DNA from: Spirochaetia bacterium
GTDB taxonomy: Bacteria > Spirochaetota > Spirochaetia > SZUA-6 > Bin103
NCBI GenBank assembly: GCA_965199955.1
Contig: CBDATQ010000002.1
Location: 1,120,001-1,184,000, forward strand
Direction of reading: 5' to 3'
DNA: 64,000 bases
The notes below the pieces were generated by a model, which was not told the DNA's origin, ran no database searches, and saw only the letters and a list, made by a program, of their open reading frames with translations. The first letter of the stretch is position 1; each line of letters starts with the position of its first letter. The translations under genes and the position numbers were made by a program. Below, piece after piece: positions 21,469 through 31,180 of this stretch.

Positions 21469-21729
21469 GTGAGCGAAGCCTGGGAAGCCCTGCCGCAGTG
21501 GATGGATTTCATCTCGCTGTCCGATGAGGCCGCTCAGATCCAGAGTGCGCTCAACGACGTCAGGACCAGGTGGTTTGTCGATTTCCTGCTCGGCAACAAG
21601 GATGTAGCCACCGAATGGGATGCGTTCGTGCAGGAGTACAAGGAGCGAGGCGGCGACCAGATTCTTGCCGAGTGGGCGCACGAGGCCGATGAGGCACGCG
21701 CCCAGTGGGAGGCGGTCGTCGGCGGATAG
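21469..21729 (+). pseudogene. Orphan C-terminal fragment of a solute-binding protein
   Basis: EAWEALPQWMD...FLLGNKDVATEWDAFVQEYKERGG matches C-terminus of SBP 5140-6957. Confidence 0.75.
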
Positions 21730-21740
21730 TCGACGTTATC

Positions 21741-21771
21741 GGCGCGGAGGGGAGGCTTCTCCCCTCCCGCC
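21741..21771. terminator. Hairpin between convergent ORFs
   Basis: GGAGGGGAG-GCTT-CTCCCCTCC stem. Confidence 0.5.
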
Positions 21772-21784
21772 GTTACGCAGGCGC

Positions 21785-21997
21785 TCAGCCCGCTTTCTGC
21801 AGCTCGGTCATCCCCTTGACGTGCGCTCGTACGGAGTGGCTGGGCGCGGCAGAGGTCGTCGCCGGCACCAGGGCACAGGCGCTGCAGATGCGATCGCGGC
21901 CGTAGTTGGCTTCGACCCCGCGCGGGGTCGTCAGGGCGCGTCCGCAGTGCAGGCATCGCGCCGGCCTTCGGGTGACGTTCGCTTGTTCAGTCAGCAT
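21785..21997 (-). CDS. Small CxxC-CxxC zinc-ribbon protein
   Basis: GGAGG RBS; RCLHCGRALTTP...RICSAC. Confidence 0.5.
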   Translation of the reverse strand: MLTEQANVTRRPARCLHCGRALTTPRGVEANYGRDRICSACALVPATTSAAPSHSVRAHVKGMTELQKAG

Positions 21998-22114
21998 CGT
22001 TCACTACCTCCACCGATAGCATACGCACGCCGGCAACGACACTCAAATCCGATGGCGAGTCGGTGCGCCGCGCCGGGTCGCGGGACACGGTATGATGAAC
22101 GAGGGGTTCTACGC

Positions 22115-23470
22115 ATGGCACAGGGTGACGTTCTTCGGTCTGAGAAACGGGAGTACCGCGAAGCGGCGACCGGCGTGAAGGTGGTGCAGCTCACCGACGC
22201 GCCGTGCCACAACGTGCATCCCTACTACAACCAGGAAGGGTTCGTCGGCGGTTCGGAACGGTACGTGTTCGCCTCAAACCGGTCGGGGAAGGGGCAGATC
22301 TACTCGGTGGAGCCCGGCTCCGGCAGGATCGTGCAGCTCACCGACTCGGAGGAGCCTCCGGTTCTGGCCGGCATCGAGAATCGGCCCGGAGGGGGAGCGG
22401 GCTCGGGGGGCCTCACCTGCGACCCGGTGCGCGGGCGCATCTACTACAGCCGCGGGCAACGCGTCTGCTGCCTGGATATCGAGACCCTGCGTGAGGAGGT
22501 CGTCGCCGAATCGCCGCCGGGGTGCGGCGCCCTGGGCGGCCCCGACCTGTCGAGCTGCGGGCGCTACCTGGTGCTGGGCTGCCGGCCGGAGGGCGCGTCG
22601 ACGTGGCCGTCGCGGGGCGAGAACCGCTACCGGCACGGCAGCGAGACGCTGGTGGTGCTCTGCGACCTGCAGGAGGGGCGGCAGGCGGTCGTCTACCACG
22701 GCCCGAGCGCCGAGAACCGCGCCGCGGCCGACAGCCACCTGTTCATCTGCCGGGGCGATCCGTCCTACCTGTTCTTCGGAAGCTATACGCGCACGCAGCC
22801 CACGGGTCTGAAGACGATGTGGTTCATGCGGGTAGACCTGGAGCGGCTGGTGCCCTTGCAGGATCCGCTGCCGATCTTCGATCAGCAGCCGTTCGAGATG
22901 GTCAACCATTACTACCCGGCGCCGAACAATCACGTCGAGTCGCAGTTGTTCACCTACACCCAGCACGACCGCGACGGCGTCCCGGTGAGCCCGGTGCGGC
23001 GCGCGGAGATGATCGACGTCGACGTGGTCAACCGCGTCGACCGCCGCTGGGTCTTCCCCGGCCGCGAGCCTATCCACTTCAAGTGCAACTCGAAGGCCGA
23101 CCTCTGGGTGGGCGACGCCGCCGACCCCGGCCCGCTGTGGTTCGAGGGACGGGGCGACCTGGAGCGCTTCGTGGACGAAGGGGAAGGGGAGGCCGCCGAG
23201 GGACCCCTCTCGTCGGCGCGCCGCGATCCACAGGCGATCGGGCCGGAAGGCTACCGCTGGCCGCAAGCGCACCGTTGGATCGGCATGTTCCGCAAGCGTG
23301 GCCCGTTCATCGAGATGCGGCCGCTGGCGCGCCACGACACGGTGTGGCGCTGCATCCATCCGCACCCGGTGTTCTCGCCCGACGACCGCTGGACGGCCTG
23401 GGGCGCGGGCGGCGCCCGGCAGTCGCAGCTCTTCCTGGCAGAGGCGGTCTGGCCGCGTTGGCTGACGTGA
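22115..23470 (+). CDS. Oligogalacturonate lyase (PL22)-like beta-propeller, copy 2
   Basis: Close paralog of 19818-21170 over its full length. Confidence 0.75.
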   Translation: MAQGDVLRSEKREYREAATGVKVVQLTDAPCHNVHPYYNQEGFVGGSERYVFASNRSGKGQIYSVEPGSGRIVQLTDSEEPPVLAGIENRPGGGAGSGGLTCDPVRGRIYYSRGQRVCCLDIETLREEVVAESPPGCGALGGPDLSSCGRYLVLGCRPEGASTWPSRGENRYRHGSETLVVLCDLQEGRQAVVYHGPSAENRAAADSHLFICRGDPSYLFFGSYTRTQPTGLKTMWFMRVDLERLVPLQDPLPIFDQQPFEMVNHYYPAPNNHVESQLFTYTQHDRDGVPVSPVRRAEMIDVDVVNRVDRRWVFPGREPIHFKCNSKADLWVGDAADPGPLWFEGRGDLERFVDEGEGEAAEGPLSSARRDPQAIGPEGYRWPQAHRWIGMFRKRGPFIEMRPLARHDTVWRCIHPHPVFSPDDRWTAWGAGGARQSQLFLAEAVWPRWLT

Positions 23471-24378
23471 GTCCGGCGGGCACCGCCGCCGGCGACCTGC
23501 GGCTGGCCAAGTTCGATCCGCTTCCGCGGGTGCTGTTCTTCGACGACTTCGACGAAGGCATCAACGGCTGGTGCGAGCTCTGCGGCAACCACGACAACAA
23601 CCTCGACAACATCCGCCCGCTGGTGCGCGACCTGCGGCCGTCGCAGCTCTCCACCTGCACCTTCTTCGACATCGGCACGCACGGCAGCTTCGACGGCGTC
23701 TACTCGCTGAAGCTGGCCACCCGGCCCCGCGTCAACCACATGAACCAGCTCATCAAGCGAGTCAGCTACGTGCGGCGCGGGCTGGTGCGGCTGGAGTCGT
23801 GGTTCACCTACAAGGCGGAGACGGTGTTCGACCCTTCGCTCACCGGGCCGAAGCAGTGGGACGGCAACTACCACCCGGTGGAGGCGATGTTCGGCGACTT
23901 CTGCTTCAGCAACGACGTCAACGACGGCCCGGACGGCAAGCGCCACCACTGCGCGCTGCGCTACGTCAACACCGACTTCGAGGGCAACTTCGTGCGCACG
24001 TGGATGTACAAGACCTCGCTGCAGGTGACCACGAAGATGCAGCTCGCCGGCATGCCGACGCCGACCGATTACCACACCGTGCACCCCGACGACTGGGAGG
24101 AGGTGCCCGGCGGCGCGTTCTCCCTCTGCCACAACGAGGTGCCCACCAAGATCAACTGGAACTACCTGAGCTGGACCTTCGACACCGACGCGCGCCGCAA
24201 CGTCGAGCTGCGCGTGAACGACCGGGTGATGGATCTGCGCGATCTGCCCGTGCCCGTATACGACCACGAGTACTACGGCTGCGACCGGCTGCTCAACTTC
24301 TGCATCGACGTGCGCACGCACCTGCCGGTGCGCAACTTCCTGTTCCTGGACTCGGTCCTGGTCAGCGTGGACTGGTGA
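23467..24378 (+). CDS. Conserved hypothetical protein (DUF6772-like, from memory)
   Basis: GTGA overlap; KFDPLPRVLFFDDFDEGINGW...LDSVLVSVDW; typical codon usage. Confidence 0.65.
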   Translation: MSPAGTAAGDLRLAKFDPLPRVLFFDDFDEGINGWCELCGNHDNNLDNIRPLVRDLRPSQLSTCTFFDIGTHGSFDGVYSLKLATRPRVNHMNQLIKRVSYVRRGLVRLESWFTYKAETVFDPSLTGPKQWDGNYHPVEAMFGDFCFSNDVNDGPDGKRHHCALRYVNTDFEGNFVRTWMYKTSLQVTTKMQLAGMPTPTDYHTVHPDDWEEVPGGAFSLCHNEVPTKINWNYLSWTFDTDARRNVELRVNDRVMDLRDLPVPVYDHEYYGCDRLLNFCIDVRTHLPVRNFLFLDSVLVSVDW

Positions 24379-24379
24379 G

Positions 24380-24715
24380 ATGCTGCGCCGCTTTCATACC
24401 GCGGTCCTGGAGAAGAACGAGACCTACGGGGAGGCGTTCGACACCGAGCCCATGGAATGCGGCTGGGCGAGCGAGGCGACCTGGTTCCTGCGGGTGGCAG
24501 AGCTGGATGCCGGCACCACGTTCCGGGTGCAGGCGCAGGTGTCCCCGGACGGCCTGGGCTGGTGCGAAAAGGAGGGGGTGGCGCTGGCGGTCCCCGGCAC
24601 CGGGCTCCACCAGTTGGAGGTCCGCCACTTCGGCGGCTGGCTGCGCCTGCGCTGCGACGTGCGGGGCGACGCGCCGCGCGTGAAACTGACGATCTACCTG
24701 GCGCTCAAGGAGTAG
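24380..24715 (+). CDS. Small beta-rich protein (DUF6385-like, from memory)
   Basis: TEPMECGWASEA, VSPDGLGW, HFGGWLRL; 1 nt after upstream stop. Confidence 0.65.
   Translation: MLRRFHTAVLEKNETYGEAFDTEPMECGWASEATWFLRVAELDAGTTFRVQAQVSPDGLGWCEKEGVALAVPGTGLHQLEVRHFGGWLRLRCDVRGDAPRVKLTIYLALKE
24620..24715 (+). repeat. 96-bp direct repeat copy 1 (3' end of 24380-24715)
   Basis: About 90% identical to 26366-26461. Confidence 0.9.
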
Positions 24716-24830
24716 TTCGCGTGAGGCCGCCGGCCGGTTGACGCTGCACGCAGCCCGGCAACACACTCCGAATTCGTTCGTCCTGGATTCGTGGCGCTGT
24801 CGCATTCCCCTGAACACGGAGGCAACGGAA

Positions 24831-26321
24831 ATGTCCGATGCAACATGCACGAGCGACTGGCAGGAACTGCATGTGGAGACCGGATTCTACCCGCCGGTGA
24901 CCTATCTGCTGATCGACGACCTGCACATTCGCAGGATGGAGGGCGTGCAGCGCGCGCTGTGCGAGCCGCAGAAGCATCCGGAGCCTGTCGTCCAGGCCCA
25001 GAAGCCTTGGGAAGGAGAGGGCGTGTGGATGCACAACGGGTGGCTTTACGACCGCGATGAAAAGGTATTCAAGCTGTGGTACCATTGTCACGACCCCAGC
25101 TTCTACGACGAATACCCGCACCTGGGGTGGAACTATCGCCGCGCCTACGCGGTTTCGGCAGACGCGCGGACCTGGGAAAAGCCGGAGCTGGGTGTTGTAC
25201 CTTGGCAGGGAAGCACCCGCAACAACCTGGTGGAATTTCCTCCGGCCGGCGGTGACGGCCCGAACGCCAACGTGTTCAAGAATCCGGGGGACGGCGATCC
25301 CAACCGCCGCTACATGTCCTTGAGCTCGGAACGCCACCCCCGAGAACCGGGTGAAAAAGCCATCACGTGGCCGGGCGGTCCGGATCCGAAGGACGATCCC
25401 AACGGGCGCGGCTTTTACCTCTGCGACTCGCCAGACGGCTTTTCCTGGACCCGGCGGCCGCGACCCATCATGAGCCACGCGCTGTGCATGGACGGGCCTA
25501 CCGTTCACGGGTTCGACGAAGACCTGAACGCGTGGATACTGTGGTGGCGTCCGCGCATTGGCCCGAAATTCCGAACCATGGGCATCAGCATCGCACGCGA
25601 TCTTGAGAGAGTCCCGTACCCGCAGATGGCGCTGGTACCCGACGACGATGATGCGCCCGGTACCGAGTTTGACCGCTGCGCATCGATCAAGGTTTCGGGC
25701 GGATACGTCGCGCTGGTGCGCACTCTGTTTCCCGAGTACAATCGCCGCGAAGCGAGGGATTTTCGGCACATCCACTGCCAACTGGCTTTCAGCCGGGATG
25801 CACGCACGTGGAGTCGGCCGGCCGGTCGCCAGTCCATGTTGACCGTCGGCGAACCGGGCACCTGGGACGAACTGCTCATCACACCGGCAAACCCGATCCA
25901 GGTCGGCGACGACATCTACATTCTGTATCAAGCGGGTCGCGGCGAGACGCAGCGTGGGATCGGATTGGCCACACTCAAACGCGATCGCTGGGCAGCGATC
26001 GAACCGGTCCACATCCATGGGGTGTTGAAGACCCACCCGATCAGTTGGGCCGATCGTCAGCTGCGTATCAACGCCAACGCCACAGGCGGTTCGATTCGTG
26101 CCGAGCTTCTGGATGTTGAAGACAAACCCGTTCCAGGATTCACGATGGGCGATAGCGATCCGGTTAGCGGCGACAGCCTCGACCACACAATGAGCTGGGG
26201 AGGAAAATCTCAGCTTCCGGACGATATGATTGGCGCCGCGTACTTGGAAGGGACGCCGGGTCGAGTCATGTCGATTCGATTCGACATCGATCGTGCCAGG
26301 CTGTTCTCGTTTTCGTGCTGA
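24831..26321 (+). CDS. Beta-propeller glycoside-hydrolase-like protein with C-terminal beta-sandwich
   Basis: AYAVSADARTWEKPELG, DSPDGFSW, LAFSRDARTW, GEPGTWD, GLATLKRDRW, LRINANA. Confidence 0.7.
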   Translation: MSDATCTSDWQELHVETGFYPPVTYLLIDDLHIRRMEGVQRALCEPQKHPEPVVQAQKPWEGEGVWMHNGWLYDRDEKVFKLWYHCHDPSFYDEYPHLGWNYRRAYAVSADARTWEKPELGVVPWQGSTRNNLVEFPPAGGDGPNANVFKNPGDGDPNRRYMSLSSERHPREPGEKAITWPGGPDPKDDPNGRGFYLCDSPDGFSWTRRPRPIMSHALCMDGPTVHGFDEDLNAWILWWRPRIGPKFRTMGISIARDLERVPYPQMALVPDDDDAPGTEFDRCASIKVSGGYVALVRTLFPEYNRREARDFRHIHCQLAFSRDARTWSRPAGRQSMLTVGEPGTWDELLITPANPIQVGDDIYILYQAGRGETQRGIGLATLKRDRWAAIEPVHIHGVLKTHPISWADRQLRINANATGGSIRAELLDVEDKPVPGFTMGDSDPVSGDSLDHTMSWGGKSQLPDDMIGAAYLEGTPGRVMSIRFDIDRARLFSFSC

Positions 26322-26365
26322 AACACCCTTGTCAATCGGCAACACTGGGACACTTTGGGACCCGA

Positions 26366-26461
26366 GTCCGCCACTTCGGCGGCTGGCTGTGGTTGCGCTG
26401 CGACGTGCGGGGCGACGCGCCGCGCGTGAAGCTGACGTTCTACTTGTCGCTCAAGGAGTGA
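26366..26461 (+). repeat. 96-bp direct repeat copy 2
   Basis: Encodes VRHFGGWLWLRCDVRGDAPRVKLTFYLSLKE*, duplicate of 24620-24715. Confidence 0.9.
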
Positions 26462-26480
26462 CCGCGCCGTAAGCCGGCAG

Positions 26481-26624
26481 CTACCACCCGAAGTGAAGCT
26501 CCGCCTTGACGACACTGCAGAGGCAGATCGATCCCGGCGTGTGGCCGAGCAGCCGCGCGGTAAGGTTGGTATCGGAACGATTGATCAGCGGTATGCAGAC
26601 GCTGGTGTCGAGCAGCCAGGTCAC
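26481..26624 (-). pseudogene. vapC: Truncated VapC/PIN toxin (N-terminal 47 aa)
   Basis: WLLDTSVCI...SVVKAELHFG then stop; GTGA-coupled to antitoxin. Confidence 0.75.
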
Positions 26625-26842
26625 CGCAACGTCTCGACATCCTCGGGGGGCGGGTCGTCGGGCTCGACCAAGTCTGCGCTGCCGCGATGCAACAGATCCA
26701 CCAGGCTGCTGGGCCATTCCGTGACGCTCTCCCGGCGAACCAGGCGAGCGAGCCATGCCGAGAGGCTGCTGTTCTGTTCTTCTGCCCGCTTGCGCGCCGC
26801 ATCCAGCACGTCCTGGGGCAGGTATACCGTCACCTGTGCCAT
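26621..26842 (-). CDS. CopG/RHH antitoxin
   Basis: MAQVTVYLPQDVLDAARKRAEEQNSSLSAWLARLV. Confidence 0.75.
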   Translation of the reverse strand: MAQVTVYLPQDVLDAARKRAEEQNSSLSAWLARLVRRESVTEWPSSLVDLLHRGSADLVEPDDPPPEDVETLR

Positions 26843-26848
26843 GGAGGA

Positions 26849-26870
26849 ACTATACGTGGGCACGTATAGT
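26849..26870. promoter_or_regulatory. Palindromic operator overlapping -10 of antitoxin
   Basis: ACTATACGTG-GG-CACGTATAGT perfect 10-bp inverted repeat. Confidence 0.7.
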
Positions 26871-26882
26871 TGGTCCAAGCGT

Positions 26883-27203
26883 CTAACGCCGCACGCGTCG
26901 GAAAGCAGCGGCTCCTGCCGCTCGACGCCCAGCAGTGACTATGCAGCGGGACGCCGTCGCGATCGAGTGGCACGTAGTCGCACCCCCACGAGTCGACCGA
27001 CAGGCTGGCCAGCGCCGGCGCTGGCCTCTGCGGATCTCCGCCCAGAGTGCCTGCAGGTCCCAGGTGAGCCGCTCGCCATGCTCCCGCAGCGGTGTCGGAA
27101 AGCGATGCACCTCCTCCACGTCCAGCCGGGCGCCAGCAAGCGTGCCCAGCATCGCACGGCCGCTGCCGGCGCCCAGATCGAAAGCCAGGTGGGTACTTGC
27201 CAT
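26883..27203 (-). pseudogene. rhaB: Rhamnulokinase/FGGY kinase N-terminal relic
   Basis: HLAFDLGAGSGRAMLG, EEVHRF, WDLQALW; shifted frame SVDSWGCDYVPLD; rest absent. Confidence 0.75.
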
Positions 27204-27247
27204 CGGAGACGCTGGCGTCGAGGGTACCGTGCGGGAGAGTATCTGAC

Positions 27248-28030
27248 ATGGCGACCGACAGTAGCAGGCGCCGCACCGCGGCCGTCACCGGGGGCGCGGC
27301 CGGCATCGGCCTGGCGACCTGCAGGGAGTTCCTGTGTCGAGGCATGGCCGTGGCGATCGTGGACCGCGACGCGGAGGCGGCACGGAAGACGGCGGAGGAG
27401 TTACGGGCCACGATGGCCGACGCAACGCAGAAGGTGGTTCCGGCGCCCGCCGACGTGCGCGACAGCGCCGCGGTGGACGCCGCCATCGCCGCGGCGGTCG
27501 AGGAGATGGGTGGACTGGACGTTCTGGTCAACTGCGCCGGCATCACCGACCGGGCGCCCGCGGCGGAGATGACCGATGCGTCGTGGTCCCGAATGTTGGA
27601 CGTCCACATGTCGGGCACGTTCCGGTGCTGCCGGGCCGCGTTCCCGGCGCTGCGCGATTCCGACACCGCCGCGATCGTCAACATGTCCTCGGTCGGCGCC
27701 CACTTGGGGTTCCCGCTGCGCGCCTCCTATTGTGCGGCCAAGAGCGGCATCGAGGCGCTGACGCGCTCGCTGGCCGTGGAGTGGGCAGCCCACGGCATCC
27801 GCGTCAACGCCGTCGCGCCAACCTGGGTGCGCACCGCGATCCTGGATGACGCGGTGGCCAGAGGCGTGCTGGACGAAGCCAAGATCAAGGCGATCACGCC
27901 GCTCGGGGGCGTCGTCGAACCGTTCGAGGTGGCCAAGGCGATCACCTTCCTGGCTTCACCCGACGCCCGCATGATTACGGGACAATCGTTGCTGATCGAC
28001 GGCGGCTTGGTGATCAACCCGCATGTCTGA
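27248..28030 (+). CDS. Short-chain dehydrogenase/reductase
   Basis: VTGGAAGIG, LVNCAG, YCAAK, IRVNAVAP, ITGQSLLIDGG. Confidence 0.93.
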   Translation: MATDSSRRRTAAVTGGAAGIGLATCREFLCRGMAVAIVDRDAEAARKTAEELRATMADATQKVVPAPADVRDSAAVDAAIAAAVEEMGGLDVLVNCAGITDRAPAAEMTDASWSRMLDVHMSGTFRCCRAAFPALRDSDTAAIVNMSSVGAHLGFPLRASYCAAKSGIEALTRSLAVEWAAHGIRVNAVAPTWVRTAILDDAVARGVLDEAKIKAITPLGGVVEPFEVAKAITFLASPDARMITGQSLLIDGGLVINPHV

Positions 28031-28423
28031 CTAGAGGACCTGAACGTCGGCGCGATGCCCGTGCGCCGTTCCAAGGCGGCTGTCGGCGGTTAGCAAAGGC
28101 GCGCCCAGCGCCTCGGCCAGCGCGACGTAGAGGGCGTCATAGGCGCCGATGCTGTGGCGCAATTCCCAGACCCGGCCAAGGAGCGGCCGGTGATCGTGCC
28201 GATGGATGACGAGGTCGCGCAGGATGCCCACCATCTCCGCGCCACGCTCCTGGTCGATGTCTCCCGCCAGGGCATACCTGCGGACCACGTGCGCGACCTC
28301 CGCATCGAGCAGGTGAGGGCTGTGCACGGTCGAGGTCGTCGCCTCGATGTGGGGTGTGACGCGGATGCCCGCCTCCGTACGCAGGAGCATCTCCACGATC
28401 ACGGAGGCATCGACCACGATCAC
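28031..28423 (-). CDS. vapC: VapC/PIN toxin (intact)
   Basis: IVVDAS, DAEV, YDALYVALAE, LLTAD acidic tetrad. Confidence 0.88.
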   Translation of the reverse strand: MIVVDASVIVEMLLRTEAGIRVTPHIEATTSTVHSPHLLDAEVAHVVRRYALAGDIDQERGAEMVGILRDLVIHRHDHRPLLGRVWELRHSIGAYDALYVALAEALGAPLLTADSRLGTAHGHRADVQVL

Positions 28424-28650
28424 CGTTCGTCACGCGCCCGCCGCAAGGCTTCGACGACATCCTCTCGTGGGGTGACCGGCTCCAGTCGCTCGAGCCGAGC
28501 CGTCAGTTCCTGCGGCGTAGGCATCGACGCCTGCGCGGTGATTTGTTCGAGCAGATAGGCGGAAAGGGAGGTGCCGGCCATCGCCGCGCGCGCCTTGAGC
28601 TTGCGATGCAGCGACTCCGGTACGTTGCGGATCTGGATCATCTTATGCAT
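28420..28650 (-). CDS. FitA/VapB-like RHH antitoxin
   Basis: IQIRNVPESLHRKLKARAAMAGTSLSAYL; overlaps PIN start. Confidence 0.85.
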   Translation of the reverse strand: MHKMIQIRNVPESLHRKLKARAAMAGTSLSAYLLEQITAQASMPTPQELTARLERLEPVTPREDVVEALRRARDER

Positions 28651-28685
28651 GTGAATAGCATGTACACATGCACATAGCATGTCAA
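28651..28685 (-). promoter_or_regulatory. Sigma70-type promoter of TA operon with CATG repeats
   Basis: TTGACA(28685-28680)-N17-CATGCT-N6-ATG; repeated CATG sites as probable RHH operators. Confidence 0.65.
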
Positions 28686-28769
28686 TCGACGAAACCGCAT
28701 ATCTGTGGGCGCCCGGCGCGGATCGGCGATCCCTGGCGGTGCGCGGGGCGGTCGCGTACAGTCAACCTC

Positions 28770-30003
28770 ATGAGGGTCGTCTCGAAAGAAGTGTTCGTTC
28801 CGTCCCCCGGACCCGGCGTCGGGGTGACCGGCGGCGCCTACTACACCCGAGCCACCGGCCACGAGCTGGTGAGCGTGCACAGCCATCACTCGCGCTCGGA
28901 CACCGCCGACATCGCCCTGTTCCGCCGCTCCGCTGACGGCGGCGCGACCTGGGGAGCGGTGACCGAGGTGGCGACCGGTCAGCAGCGAGCCGGCGGCATG
29001 TGGCGGCGGTATCCGCGCGCCGGCCACGTCGACCCCGCCACCGACCGGTACGTCACCGTGCGCGTCGAGGGAGTGCTGCCCACCGACGAGCCGCTGGAGG
29101 GGATGCGGCAGTGGCAACTCCACTACGCGGTGTCGGAAGACGGCGGGCGTACCGACCTGGTCGACGAGCCGATCGTGCACGCCGGCAGCGACGAGGACGG
29201 CGTGGCGTTCGACCCGGACCACCCGCTGCCCGGCGTATGGCGCGGCCGGAACGGGGTGATGCTCGGCGACCTGACGTGCCTGCCGCTGACGCTGCGCGGC
29301 GGTCGCGATGCCGGCGACATCCTGGTGCCGTGTCAGATCTGCCCGGTGGGTCCGGACGGCACCTTCCTCAACAAGGGAGGCGGCTTCACCTTCCACGACT
29401 CGGCGGTGCTGCACGGGCGCTGGGTGGACGGAGGCCCTCGCCTGAGTTGGCGACTGTCCGAGCGCGTGATCGGCGACCCGGAGCGATCCACGCGTGGATT
29501 CCTGGAGGCGACCATCGCCGAGCTCGCGCCGGACCGCGTACTGATGGTGATGCGCGGCTCCAACGACGTGCGGCCGGAGCTGCCGGGCTATCGCTGGTAC
29601 GCCATCTCCGAGGACTGCGGCTGGACGTTCGGCGAGGTGCAGCCGTGGGCGGATACCTCGGGCGCGCCGCTCCACTCGCCCAGCGCCTGTTCGCAACTTC
29701 TCGACCATTCGGACGGCCGGCTGTTCTGGCTCGGCAACCTGTGCGCTGAAAACCCGCGTGGCAACAGCCCGCGCTACGATCGTGATCGCCGAGGTGGAGC
29801 GCGACACCGGCCTGGTCGTGCGCGACACGGTCACGACCATCGACGACCGCCAGCCGGGCGAGCTCGAACGGCTCACGCTGTCCAACTTCTACGCGCGCGA
29901 GGAGCGGGGCTCGGGCGACATCCTGCTCTACCTGCCGCGCTACTTTGCGCGCGAACGTTCCTTCACGGCTGACAACACGGTGTACCGGATCGCGGTGGCC
30001 TGA
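28770..30003 (+). pseudogene. Sialidase-like BNR protein, frameshift at ~29778
   Basis: SADGGATW, SEDGGRT, SEDCGWTF; after GNSPRY the frame switches to IVIAEVERD...YRIAVA*. Confidence 0.75.
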
Positions 30004-30021
30004 TCGGTTGTGTCTGAGCCG

Positions 30022-30402
30022 ATGAGCCCCGAGCACCCGCGGCTGCACGTGACGGCGAGGTCGTACCCCGAACTGCTTTCGCTCGACGAGCTGGCAGGCG
30101 AGGCCGCCTTCGCCGCGGCGCGCCACCGGTACCGCCGCCGTACGACCGGGACTACTACGGCACGAAGTTCCAGGACGGCCACCCCTACGTCGAGGCGGCC
30201 CTGCATGCCGACCGCGTGGTGCTGCTGACGCTGTTCTCCGTGGTGGCCGGCAGGCCGGCGGCGCCGGTCCGCTGGAAGGACGGCGACGGCGGATGGTCCC
30301 TTCACCGGGGCCGGGGACGTCACCGTCGCGCTGGATCGGGGCTCGCTGCGCGTGACCCGCGCGGACGGGGCCGGCTGGCGCGTGCCGCCTGGCGAAGCGT
30401 AG
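30022..30402 (+). pseudogene. Collapsed relic of heparinase II/III-like gene
   Basis: HPRLHV..LSLDEL (N-terminal) joined to PYDRD...LLTLFSVV..VTV..RVP (C-terminal), both resembling ends of 31177-33155. Confidence 0.6.
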
Positions 30403-30409
30403 CGCCCGT

Positions 30410-31180
30410 TCAGTCGACGTCGAGCAGGTATCGCATCGCCGGGGTCAGACGCGCGGCCGTTTCCGGCCGCAGATAGGCGCGCTGGTCGGTCTGCTGCGGT
30501 CGCTCGCGCACGTCGAAGAAGCAGTGCATGCCGCGCCGCCGGGCGCTGCCTGTGCGGTTGAGCGTCCCGCCGTGCCAGGTGAGCGAGTTGAACACCGCCA
30601 CGCTGCCGGCCGGGGCCTCCATCAGCTCCTGCTCCGCGTGCGGTGCGGTGGGGTCGTCCAGCAGGTCCTGCGGCCGGCCCAGGCGATGAGAGCCGGGAAC
30701 CAGGCGCGTGCAGCCGTTGTCGGCGGTGAAGTCGTCGAGCATCCAGATCGAGTTGCAGCCGGTCAGCGGGAGGGCGCGGCAGTCCGAGTCCTGGTGCAGC
30801 GCCTGCCGGCCCTCGCCCGGCAGAGCGTCGCGGGCGTTGAGGGAGGAGAGCCGAAACGGCGCGCCGATCACGTGGCGCACCGCCGCCAGCACCACGGGAT
30901 GCGACCAGACGCGGTCGAAGGCCCGCCCCTTGTTCACAAGGTCGGCCAGCCGCCGCGTGCCCGCTTCCTGATGCACCTCCAGGCCGGCGCGCTCTCCCTC
31001 CGCGGCGGTGAGCTCCTCGAACCTGGTGCGGAGCAGCTCCAGCCACGTGGCGTCGATGATGCCCGTGAAGAGGGCGAAGCCCTTGCGGGAGAGCTCCTCG
31101 CGCCGGCGTTCGCCAAGAACGCCCGGGTCGGACCCCAGCTCCGACAGGCAGCGCTCCATCGTCATGGCGGCCGTCATCAT
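30410..31180 (-). CDS. PhyH-family Fe(II)/2OG dioxygenase
   Basis: LHQD, WMLDDFTADNGCTRLVPGSH, WHGG..NR. Confidence 0.88.
   Translation of the reverse strand: MMTAAMTMERCLSELGSDPGVLGERRREELSRKGFALFTGIIDATWLELLRTRFEELTAAEGERAGLEVHQEAGTRRLADLVNKGRAFDRVWSHPVVLAAVRHVIGAPFRLSSLNARDALPGEGRQALHQDSDCRALPLTGCNSIWMLDDFTADNGCTRLVPGSHRLGRPQDLLDDPTAPHAEQELMEAPAGSVAVFNSLTWHGGTLNRTGSARRRGMHCFFDVRERPQQTDQRAYLRPETAARLTPAMRYLLDVD

Noticed and set aside
19818..23470. Lyase paralog pair as a DGR template/variable repeat
   Set aside because: Both are full ORFs, differences are not adenine-specific and no reverse transcriptase is present.
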